Positions 15,617 to 22,363 of a stretch of DNA of 22,363 nucleotides are shown here, piece after piece. Source of the DNA: an uncultured Candidatus Electrothrix sp. (GTDB lineage: Bacteria > Desulfobacterota > Desulfobulbia > Desulfobulbales > Desulfobulbaceae); contig CBFDDU010000038.1 of the NCBI GenBank assembly GCA_965603655.1, forward strand, positions 1 through 22,363, read 5' to 3'. The translations under genes were made by a program, and so were the position numbers. Within the stretch, counting starts at the first letter, position 1; each line of letters starts with the position of its first letter. The notes beneath the pieces are model-generated. The model ran no database searches, had not been told where the DNA came from, and was given only the letters and a program-made list of their open reading frames with translations.

Positions 15617-16558
15617 TTATTGGGGCGCGAGCGCAGTTTGTATGGCCTCGGCCATTTGCCTGAGGTTCTGTTCGATATCTTCCGCCAAAGGATCCAGTTC
15701 CACAAGCCTGCCCTTGATAGCCTGGGCCACGGTTTGGGCATTTTTTCGATCAAATTGGGGCTGGACAAAGAGGATTTTCACCTTATCCGCCTTGGCTTTT
15801 TTGACAAGCGCATAGAGCTGCTTCGGCGAAGGGGCTTTTCCTTCGATTTCCACTGCCTCTTGGTGCAGATCATAGGCATGGGCAAAATAACCGAATGCGG
15901 GATGGAAAACAAAAAAGGTTGCGCCTCGGAATGGGGCAAGCTGTTGCCCAAGTTCCTGCTGGAGCCGGGTCAACCGTTCTTTGAGGGCCTTGAGATTTTG
16001 TTGATAGACTGCTGCATGTTCTGAATCAGCCGTTATCAGGGCCTCTGTCATGGCGGAGGCCATTTTTTCTACATTGCGCGGGTCAAGCCAGAGATGCGGG
16101 TCCGCGTGCTCCAGCTCCGCTTCCTCATGCTGGTGCTGATCGTGCCCCCTATGATCCTCTTTCTTTTCTTCGTGATGATGATGGGCAACCAGAGGAATTC
16201 GTGTGATGTCCGTTGTTACATCAATGAATTGCGGCCCGCTGTTGGAGTGCTCTTTGTTGCTTATTTTTCGTGCGATCTCCCGTTCAAACTGCATCCCAAT
16301 TGTAAAATAGAGGCGGGAACGAAAAAGTGAGGTTATTTTCTCCGGGGTTGGCTGGTAGGTATGCGGCTCCTGTCCCTTGTCGAGCAGAACATGGGCGCTG
16401 ACAAGGTCACCACCTAGTTGCTCGACCAGCCATTTTTGCGGGGCAATGGAGACAAAGACGGGCAGGGGCTCTGTACTTGCCGGAAGATTTGCCGGAAGCA
16501 TTGCGGTTGTTAACAGGAAAAAACAGCTCAGCAGGAGGGAGTATTTTTTAGTTTGCAT
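15617..16558 (-). CDS. znuA: periplasmic zinc-binding protein with His-rich loop
   Basis: Tracked ORF is 15617..16630; ATG 16558 gives the signal peptide MQTKKYSLLLSCFFLLTTAMLPANLPAS. Cluster A-I SBP blocks are present (VFVSIAPQKW, EPHTYQPTP, DPHLWLDP). The loop HHHHEEKKEDHRGHDQHQHEEAELEH is typical of Zn-specific ZnuA. The exact start is uncertain. Confidence 0.85.
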   Translation of the reverse strand: MQTKKYSLLLSCFFLLTTAMLPANLPASTEPLPVFVSIAPQKWLVEQLGGDLVSAHVLLDKGQEPHTYQPTPEKITSLFRSRLYFTIGMQFEREIARKISNKEHSNSGPQFIDVTTDITRIPLVAHHHHEEKKEDHRGHDQHQHEEAELEHADPHLWLDPRNVEKMASAMTEALITADSEHAAVYQQNLKALKERLTRLQQELGQQLAPFRGATFFVFHPAFGYFAHAYDLHQEAVEIEGKAPSPKQLYALVKKAKADKVKILFVQPQFDRKNAQTVAQAIKGRLVELDPLAEDIEQNLRQMAEAIQTALAPQ

Positions 16559-16604
16559 ATTGTATGAGCTTGAAAAGGTTGGGGTCACGATCATCGTAAC
16601 TTTA

Positions 16605-16883
16605 TCATTCTTTAGCTTCTGCGTGGACAAACTGTTTCACAAAATTTCTGATTGCCGCTGAGCTGAGAAAGAATTTGCTTAGCCTCTGTTCTCCGGCCTG
16701 TAGGGTTGGAATCATTGTGACCCTCTGTCGTAGAGCTTGTCCCGGATTGGTCAGGATGTCCACCGACGCAATCTTGAGCTCGGGGAACTCCCGCTGGAGA
16801 TCGGTCAGCACCCGGCGGACCAGTAGGCAGCGGGGTCAAAGGGCTGAGGTGTAAAAAATAATGCCGGTATCAGGTTTCTTCAT
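16605..16883 (-). CDS. thioredoxin/glutaredoxin-fold selenoprotein candidate (U-P-R-C motif; TGA at 16836..16838 read as Sec)
   Basis: The same frame as tracked ORF 16605..16811, extended upstream, reads ATG(16883) MKKPDTGIIFYTSAL-TGA-PRCLLVRRVLTDLQREFPELKIASVDILTNP...VTMIPTLQAGE...*. The TGA sits exactly where the first Cys of a CPxC motif belongs. The cis-Pro IPTL motif is present, and a SECIS-like hairpin follows the TGA. Confidence 0.7.
16790..16834 (-). other. candidate bacterial SECIS hairpin immediately 3' of the in-frame UGA
   Basis: In the mRNA, CCCGCUG (nt +2..+8 after UGA) pairs with CAGCGGG (+40..+46). An inner helix GGUC/GACC plus GC/GC closes the apical loop CGGGU, which begins 22 nt after the UGA. 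Confidence 0.5.
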
Positions 16884-18030
16884 CAGGTGGAGGCTCGGGT
16901 TTAGGAGAAGGGGTGAGGGGAGCGATCGGGTCCGGATCTGTTTCGCTCGTGTCAAAATTCGTATCAAGATGCACGGTGCGTTGAGGAAAGGGTATCTCAA
17001 TTCCGTTCTCTTTAAAAGCGATATGGATCATTTTGAGGAGATTATGGGTTTGCAGCCCCCGCTGAGCAGGTTCTTCGACCCAGACCAGCAGCTGAAGAAA
17101 AATGGATGATTCACTGAGGTTGCGCACCCTGACCCTCGGTTCCGGTTTTGTTTCCAGGGCGGTATTTGCCTCAGCAACCTGCAAGAGAACTTTTTCCACC
17201 TCCCGAAGGTTGCTGTCATAACTTACGTTCACATCAATACGGATTCGAAAGCTGACTTCCGGGGCGGATTGATTGATAATCTTGGTGGTGGACATGATGG
17301 AATTGGGTACCGTGATCATCACGTCATCTCTGGTTTTGATCTTGGTGGAACGGATGCCCAGCTCCGTCACTTCGCCCCGTTCGCCGGTCCCGAGAATAAT
17401 ATAATCTCCTACTTTATAGGCGGCATCGGTGAACAGGGCAATGCCGCCAAAGAAATTGGCCAGGGTGTCTTTAGCGGCTAGGGCTATGGCGATACCGACA
17501 ATACCGGCTGAAGCGAAGAGGGGGGTCAGATTGACTTTCCAGATAATCAGCGCCCAGATGATCCCGATAAAGAGGAGGATGATCCGCGAGATGTTCTTCA
17601 GCATGTAGAACCTGGTCTTGTCGAACTTGCGCAGGGCCCATTGGGTATTATTCTCATTCATGACCGTGATCTCCCGGATCAGGGAGACCCACCAGACCGC
17701 CAGAACCAGGGTTTTGATCACATTGGGCAGAACGGTATCCCAGGGCGACGGAAATGTTGGTTCCAGGAGAGTGGCGTGGAGGAGGCCGAGGAGAAGGACC
17801 GACAGGACCGACGGACGACGGATAAAGCGAACAAAATGTTCATCCACATCAAAACTGGTTCGGGTGGCAACCGGGTACAAGATTCTGCTGATAATAATAT
17901 CAGCCGCCTTGCTCAGGATGATATAAAAGCAGATAACAGTGAAGCGTTGCCCAAACTGATACTGGCCGAGATCAGGAAGGGCGGTGCTGAACCAGAGGGT
18001 GAAGGCTTGCGGTAAGATGCTGACGTCCAT
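16870..18030 (-). CDS. mechanosensitive ion channel, MscS family
   Basis: 386 aa. N-terminal TM helices, then the MscS core LANFFGGIALFTDAAYKVGDYIILGTGERGEVTELGIRSTKIKTRDDVMITVPNS. Its last 14 nt overlap the start of the selenoprotein candidate. Confidence 0.9.
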   Translation of the reverse strand: MDVSILPQAFTLWFSTALPDLGQYQFGQRFTVICFYIILSKAADIIISRILYPVATRTSFDVDEHFVRFIRRPSVLSVLLLGLLHATLLEPTFPSPWDTVLPNVIKTLVLAVWWVSLIREITVMNENNTQWALRKFDKTRFYMLKNISRIILLFIGIIWALIIWKVNLTPLFASAGIVGIAIALAAKDTLANFFGGIALFTDAAYKVGDYIILGTGERGEVTELGIRSTKIKTRDDVMITVPNSIMSTTKIINQSAPEVSFRIRIDVNVSYDSNLREVEKVLLQVAEANTALETKPEPRVRVRNLSESSIFLQLLVWVEEPAQRGLQTHNLLKMIHIAFKENGIEIPFPQRTVHLDTNFDTSETDPDPIAPLTPSPKPEPPPDEET

Positions 18031-18045
18031 ATTTTTTGTAAAAGA

Positions 18046-18225
18046 TCAGACAGGTTGTTTTGAGGAGAAGGGCTCGGCTTCTTCAATGATCATGATGGGG
18101 ATACCATCACGAATTGCATAAGAGAGTTGGCAGGTATGGCAGAGCAGGGCGCTTTTATCTTCACTCAGCGCGATTTTGCCTTTGCATTGAGGGCAGGCAA
18201 GAATTTCAAGGAGTTCTTTTTTCAT
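18046..18225 (-). CDS. Trm112/YcaR family small zinc-ribbon protein (59 aa, below the ORF-track cutoff)
   Basis: My own translation gives MKKELLEILACPQCKGKIALSEDKSALLCHTCQLSYAIRDGIPIMIIEEAEPFSSKQPV*. The pattern LEIL-ACPxC...C..C...RDGIPI is the family signature. It stops 15 nt before the MscS start. Confidence 0.8.
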   Translation of the reverse strand: MKKELLEILACPQCKGKIALSEDKSALLCHTCQLSYAIRDGIPIMIIEEAEPFSSKQPV

Positions 18226-18396
18226 GTTTTTTCGTGATTATGTTGGTTCATTGGCAAACCAGTTCTTTGCTGACAGAACAGGATTCGGATTTCATGATGC
18301 GTTCTCGTATCAGCGGTGTTAATATTACGAGAATGTGATATTGTACCAGAAAAAAGAGTCGCTGACAGCAAAACAACAAGAGGAGCCGGAGAAAAG

Positions 18397-19452
18397 ATGA
18401 AAAAAAGGATACCGGTAGACCAGGCCGTCGGCATGGTACTGCCCCATGATATAACGGAAATTGTCCAAGGGGAATTTAAAGGATGCGCCTTTAAAAAAGG
18501 GCATATTCTCCGCCTTGAGGATGTGGAGCATCTGCGCCGACTGGGCAAAGAACATATTTATGCCCTAGAGCTTTCAGACGGGGAAATCCATGAAAACGAG
18601 GCAGCTCGCCTGCTGGCTGCGGCCCTTGCCGGAGAGGGCGTGGAGTACTCCGATAAGGTGAGTGAAGGCAAGGCTTCGCTTCGGGCCTCCTGTGACGGCC
18701 TGCTCAAGATTGAGAAAGAGGCCCTGTATCGTTTGAACCTGCTGGGCGAGATCATGTGCTCCACTCTGCATACCGATACCCCGGTCAAAAAAGGGGAGCA
18801 GGTCGCCGCCACCCGCCTGATTCCTCTGGTGGGGGAACGCTCCTTGGTTGAAGAGGCTGTGGCTATTGCTACGTTTGCCGAGTTTGCCGAGCCTGCTGCC
18901 GAAGCTGGAAAGAAGGTCGTCCGGGTTGTGCCGCTGAAAAAGGTCAAGGCCGGGCTGGTAGTCACCGGCAGTGAGGTCTATTACGGCAGGATTGAGGATA
19001 AATTCGAGGCCGTCCTCCGGGAGAAAATGACAGGGCTGGGCTCGGAAGTGGTGCGGGTGGGCTTTGCCCCGGATGATGCAAGCCGCATTGCCGAGGAAAT
19101 TCGTCTCTGCCTGGAAGCCGGGGCTGACCTGATCATCACCTCTGGGGGGATGTCTGTGGATCCGGACGACGTGACCCGAACCGGTATCCGGGAGGCCGGG
19201 GCCGTGGATACGGTCTACGGTACACCGGTCCTGCCCGGTGCCATGTTCCTGGTGGGCCGGATAGGGGAAGTGCCGGTTTTTGGTCTACCAGCCTGTGGTA
19301 TGTTTCATAAAATAACCGTGTTTGACCTGATCCTCCCTCGTATCCTTACCGGTGAATCCATCGGGCGGGAGCAGTTTGCCGCCATGGGCCACGGAGGCCT
19401 TTGTCGCAATTGCAAACAGTGCCAATACCCGGTCTGCAATTTCGGTAAATAA
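18397..19452 (+). CDS. molybdopterin-binding (MoCF_BD/MoeA-MogA fold) domain protein with Cys-rich C-terminus
   Basis: Tracked ORF is 18316..19452; ATG 18397 (MKKRIPVDQAVG) is preceded by AGGAG. GLVVTGSEV...DLIITSGGMSVDPDDVT is the MoCF-binding signature. The tail is CRNCKQCQYPVCNFGK. Confidence 0.75.
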   Translation: MKKRIPVDQAVGMVLPHDITEIVQGEFKGCAFKKGHILRLEDVEHLRRLGKEHIYALELSDGEIHENEAARLLAAALAGEGVEYSDKVSEGKASLRASCDGLLKIEKEALYRLNLLGEIMCSTLHTDTPVKKGEQVAATRLIPLVGERSLVEEAVAIATFAEFAEPAAEAGKKVVRVVPLKKVKAGLVVTGSEVYYGRIEDKFEAVLREKMTGLGSEVVRVGFAPDDASRIAEEIRLCLEAGADLIITSGGMSVDPDDVTRTGIREAGAVDTVYGTPVLPGAMFLVGRIGEVPVFGLPACGMFHKITVFDLILPRILTGESIGREQFAAMGHGGLCRNCKQCQYPVCNFGK

Positions 19453-19542
19453 TCTCTGGTATATTGCTGCGGCCTTGTGTAATATCGTATTGTTGGTATA
19501 TTTTTTTTCAACAAGAAATACCTTGTCCTTATGCTAGGTGCT

Positions 19543-19603
19543 GTAGGGGCGAATCCCTGTGTTCGCCCTTTTATATCGGGCAGACACGCAGGTCTGCCCC
19601 TAC
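19543..19603 (+). repeat. REP-like 61-bp double-hairpin element, copy 2
   Basis: gtagGGGCGAAtccctgtgTTCGCCCttttatatcGGGCAGAcacgcaggTCTGCCCctac, 90 nt after the stop at 19452. The first hairpin is followed by TTTTAT, which is terminator-like. Confidence 0.75.
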
Positions 19604-19657
19604 AATCCTGATGACAAAACAACATCTTCGTTTATCTTCCTTCTGTAAGAGACTGCC

Positions 19658-22363
19658 ATGAGCCTTTGCCCTATCAAATGCCCGATGAAATTTGTCGCCC
19701 TTTGTCTGCTGTCGTTGACTCTTTTTGCTGCTGAAACCTTTGCTGCCTCCCTTGATACTGGCTTTGGTGATAACGGGAAGGTTGCTGTGGATCTTGGATC
19801 ATACGGTGATCAGGCCAATGCCGTGCTGGTGCAGCCTGACGGCAAAATCTTGGTGGGCGGGTCCTCCTCCAATACCGCTGATCTGGACTTCATGTTTTTT
19901 CGGCTCCTTGCTGACGGCTCTCTGGATAGCGAGTTTAATTTTGACGGCACAGTTTCCACTGCAGTCGGCTCCCATGATGACGAGGTTTTTGCCCTGGCCC
20001 TTCAGGAGGACGGCAAGATCCTCGCGGCGGGCTACAGCTCGAATAACGGAAGTCGGGATTTTGCTCTGGCTCGTTATAATAGCGACGGGTCGCTTGATCG
20101 GGAATTCGGCCTGGAAGGCATGGTGGTGACCGCTGTCAGTGATTCTGATGACGAGATTACCGGTGTGGCTGTGCAACCGGACGGTAGGATCCTGCTGACC
20201 GGTACCGCTTTGGGCGATGAAGGACGGGTGGTGGTTCTGTCTCGGTACCAGGGTAACGGAACACCGGATTTTACCTTTGCCGATGAGGGCTTTACCCTGA
20301 GTGCTGTGGGCACGGATGCCCGTGCTGAAAGCCTGCTCTTGACCGAAGAGGGACGTATTCTTGTTGCTGGTACCTATCGGGAACAGGACAAGGCTGCGCT
20401 CATGGTGCTTGGTTACGATGAAAATGGCGATTTGGACACCTCCTTTGGCTATGAGGGCGTGACCGTGCCTTTGGACGGTACTGTGCCCAGTGCGGGCTAT
20501 GGTATGGCGATCCGGGATGACGGCAGTATTCTGGTTGCTGGCTCTGTCGGAAAAGACGGAACACGGGATGGGGCGCTGTTCCTCTTTGGTGAGGACGGGT
20601 TGCCAGACAGGACCTTTGGAGATACGGGGGGTCTGGTCACGGATGACGAAGATGATACGATCTTCTACGATGTGCTGGTGACCGAGGAAATGATCGCGGC
20701 GACCGGTGTGACAGTTGGCGAAGACGGGATGCGTGAGGCCTTATTGGTCACCTATGCAAAAGGGGACGGCGCGAACAGTGAGCAGCTCTTTCAGCAGCAG
20801 GTGGCAGGTTCCTCAGAAGAGGCAGCGGATGGAACTGACGCAACTGATGAAGATTCGGAAGAAACAGAGACCGTTGCTCAGATTGTGACCACGGAAGTGG
20901 ATAATGAAGAAGATTATGCCTTTTCCCTTGCTGCGGCTGATGCAGGCAGTGTGGTTGTGGTCGGTGCCAGCGGTTCCCAGGAAATCGCCAGTGCTGCGGT
21001 CCGTAAATATACTATTTTTCAGTCAAGTGTTACCGGTTCCTCCTGGAGCACAGCCACGGGTAATGCCTCTGTCCTGACCGGTGCAGCCCAGGACGTGACC
21101 CGGACAACCGCTCTTATTCCGGGAGAGGTTCTTACCGGGCTGGGCACGGTGACGGAGCGGGGGGTGGTGTTCAGTATTGATCCTCTTCCTGTTTTGCAAG
21201 GCAGTGAGAGTACCACCGATGATACGACGGACGACACGACCACGGACGATACCACCGATGATACAACAACCGATGAAACCACGACGGATGAAACCGGGCC
21301 GAGCATAACCAGCAGTACTGAGAGTTCTTTTTCCACAACAGAGCAGGCTATTTTGGTCGTCTCTACGGATGAGAATGCAACCTGTCGGTACAATGCTCGG
21401 TATGACGAGGATTATGGGGAAATGGGGAGCATTCTTTCCTCTTCCTTCGGTACTGGGCATCATGTTGTCTTGGGCACGCTTGCGGAAGGGGATTACACCT
21501 TTTACGTACGTTGTAAGGATGAATCAGGGAATATAAGCACGTCAGGGACTGAGGTGACTTTTGCTGTCTCTGCGGATGAGACTGGAGCGCCGGTACGTAG
21601 TGATTTGTCTCCCAGTGGTACGGTTTCAAGTACTTCTGTTACTCTGAGCTTGAGTACAGATGTTGCTGCGACCTGTAAATATACAACGTCTGATTCGGGG
21701 ATGGATTATAACGATATGAAGAACGAGTTCGATACAACGGGTGGAACAAGCCATTCAGAGTCCGTGTCGAGTCATATTGGCGGGGAATCTTATATATACT
21801 ATGTACGGTGCAAAAGCACTTCAACAGGAGCTGAAAATACCAACAGTAGCGAGATCTCTTTTACTGTTGATACCACCCCTCCAGCTGTCACAGACACTAC
21901 GGATGCTACGTTTACCTCAAGTGAGTCTGTTATCTTATCTGTAACAACAGATGAAGAAGCGACATGTAAGTATGACGATACAGATGATACCTATGACTCT
22001 ATGGTAAACAAGTTCTCCGCAAGTTCAGATGGAATGACACATTCTGCGGACATAGGAATTCTGGCGGAAAATACAGAACATACTTATTATGTCCGCTGCC
22101 AAGACACCGCATCTAACCAAAATTTATCAAGCACTGAGATTTATTTTGAAGTTACTGCTCAACTTGGTACTGAAAACTCCACAGACTTCTATGCAGCTCA
22201 AGGTTTTCCTGCTGCTGATATGCGGGACATTTTCAGCATGAGCCTGGAAACCGTAGGCAACCTGTTCGTCAGCACCGCTTTCGCCCAGGATGATACAGAC
22301 ACTAGCGATAGCACCACCACCGACACCACTGACGAACAGGTTGCCTACGGTTTCCAGGCTCAT
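19658..22363 (+). CDS. large secreted delta-60-repeat (beta-propeller-like) surface protein, 3'-truncated by the window edge
   Basis: My own translation finds an open frame from ATG 19658 (or ATG 19685, MKFVALCLLSLTLFAAETFA|A) to the window end, 902 codons with no stop. It is not in the ORF track because it lacks a stop. It has six ~57-aa repeats of the form LDxxFGxxGxV...VQPDGKILxxG...F.L.RY..DGS. Confidence 0.85.
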   Translation, partial: MSLCPIKCPMKFVALCLLSLTLFAAETFAASLDTGFGDNGKVAVDLGSYGDQANAVLVQPDGKILVGGSSSNTADLDFMFFRLLADGSLDSEFNFDGTVSTAVGSHDDEVFALALQEDGKILAAGYSSNNGSRDFALARYNSDGSLDREFGLEGMVVTAVSDSDDEITGVAVQPDGRILLTGTALGDEGRVVVLSRYQGNGTPDFTFADEGFTLSAVGTDARAESLLLTEEGRILVAGTYREQDKAALMVLGYDENGDLDTSFGYEGVTVPLDGTVPSAGYGMAIRDDGSILVAGSVGKDGTRDGALFLFGEDGLPDRTFGDTGGLVTDDEDDTIFYDVLVTEEMIAATGVTVGEDGMREALLVTYAKGDGANSEQLFQQQVAGSSEEAADGTDATDEDSEETETVAQIVTTEVDNEEDYAFSLAAADAGSVVVVGASGSQEIASAAVRKYTIFQSSVTGSSWSTATGNASVLTGAAQDVTRTTALIPGEVLTGLGTVTERGVVFSIDPLPVLQGSESTTDDTTDDTTTDDTTDDTTTDETTTDETGPSITSSTESSFSTTEQAILVVSTDENATCRYNARYDEDYGEMGSILSSSFGTGHHVVLGTLAEGDYTFYVRCKDESGNISTSGTEVTFAVSADETGAPVRSDLSPSGTVSSTSVTLSLSTDVAATCKYTTSDSGMDYNDMKNEFDTTGGTSHSESVSSHIGGESYIYYVRCKSTSTGAENTNSSEISFTVDTTPPAVTDTTDATFTSSESVILSVTTDEEATCKYDDTDDTYDSMVNKFSASSDGMTHSADIGILAENTEHTYYVRCQDTASNQNLSSTEIYFEVTAQLGTENSTDFYAAQGFPAADMRDIFSMSLETVGNLFVSTAFAQDDTDTSDSTTTDTTDEQVAYGFQAH
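19751..20770 (+). repeat. six tandem delta-60-type protein repeats
   Basis: The repeats start at LDTGFGDNGKV, LDSEFNFDGTV, LDREFGLEGMV, PDFTFADEGFT, LDTSFGYEGVT and PDRTFGDTGGL. Each contains a (Q/E/D)xDG(K/R/S)IL core. Confidence 0.8.
21212..21294 (+). repeat. Thr/Asp low-complexity linker (TTDDTTDDTTTDDTTDDTTTDETTTDET)
   Basis: Near-periodic acc/acg-gat/gac codons. The antisense strand yields the artefactual VVSSVVVSS ORF 21019..21393. Confidence 0.85.
21295..22160 (+). repeat. three tandem ~95-aa modules with a conserved Cys pair (A-T-C-[KR]-Y ... Y-[YF]-V-R-C-[KQ]-[DS])
   Basis: Module cores: LVVSTDENATCRY...GDYTFYVRCKDESGN; LSLSTDVAATCKY...GESYIYYVRCKSTSTG; LSVTTDEEATCKY...TEHTYYVRCQDTASN. 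Confidence 0.7.

Noticed and set aside
15598-15768. N-terminal extensions of tracked ORFs (znuC to 15768, znuA to 16630, znuB to 14882, LP3 to 13801, thioesterase from 7213, PNP from 8630, MoCF-fold gene from 18316)
   Set aside because: In each case an internal ATG gives the canonical family N-terminus or a signal peptide, usually with an SD. The extensions overlap upstream genes or have atypical composition.
16605-16883. Interpreting the TGA-interrupted thioredoxin-fold gene as a simple pseudogene
   Set aside because: I have not fully excluded this. I consider it less likely because the single stop falls exactly on the catalytic Cys position, both flanks keep an intact frame and fold motifs, and a SECIS-like hairpin follows. 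The test is listed under findings.
4068-19603. The two inverted 61-bp elements as terminal inverted repeats of a ~15.5-kb composite mobile element
   Set aside because: No transposase or integrase lies between them and the cargo is housekeeping (pnt, znu, mtaD). I saw no matching direct target-site duplication in the outer flanks (ggaatt vs aatcct). A REP/terminator interpretation fits better.
21019-21463. Minus-strand ORFs with VVSSVVVSS repeats opposite the delta-60 gene (also 19725..20129 plus and 19799..20176 minus)
   Set aside because: These are antisense or off-frame readings of the Thr/Asp linker and propeller repeats of the 902-codon open frame.
1-22363. CRISPR arrays, tRNA/rRNA genes, prophage or defence-island hallmarks
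   Set aside because: I saw no regularly spaced direct repeats with unique spacers and no cloverleaf candidates. I recognised no integrase, recombinase, nuclease, helicase or toxin-type ORFs on reading both strands.

Overview
This looks like a chromosomal window of about 25 genes with no transposase, integrase, CRISPR array, tRNA or rRNA. It probably comes from a Desulfobacterota (deltaproteobacterial) genome; I infer that from the delta-60-repeat protein and the apparent selenoprotein usage. On the + strand: a small membrane ORF, an ADP-ribosylglycohydrolase, two signal-peptide beta-barrel outer-membrane proteins (one with PGPERIVEKIV tandem repeats), a 4HBT thioesterase, an operon of unknown protein + trimeric-type purine nucleoside phosphorylase + MTA/SAH deaminase, a molybdopterin-binding-fold protein, and a large secreted delta-60-repeat protein that runs off the 3' edge. 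On the - strand: a small membrane protein, the split transhydrogenase operon pntAA-pntAB-pntB, a secreted carbonic-anhydrase-like protein, and one long co-directional block: Trm112-like sORF, MscS channel, thioredoxin-fold gene, znuA-znuC-znuB, then four tiny lipoprotein genes. Items most worth a second look: (1) The thioredoxin-fold gene is complete only if an in-frame TGA is read as selenocysteine (U-P-R-C motif), and a SECIS-like hairpin follows it. The ORF track shows only its C-terminal fragment. (2) The four tandem lipoproteins are small and low-complexity. One is a 55-aa sORF missing from the ORF track, and two have Cys/Pro-rich tails. They sit directly downstream of the zinc-uptake operon. 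(3) A 61-bp double-hairpin REP-like element occurs twice, each time just after a gene end, with conserved stems and variable loops. (4) A roughly 410-bp ORF-poor gap carries a perfect 11-bp long-range inverted repeat. All family assignments come from motif recognition by eye; no searches were run.
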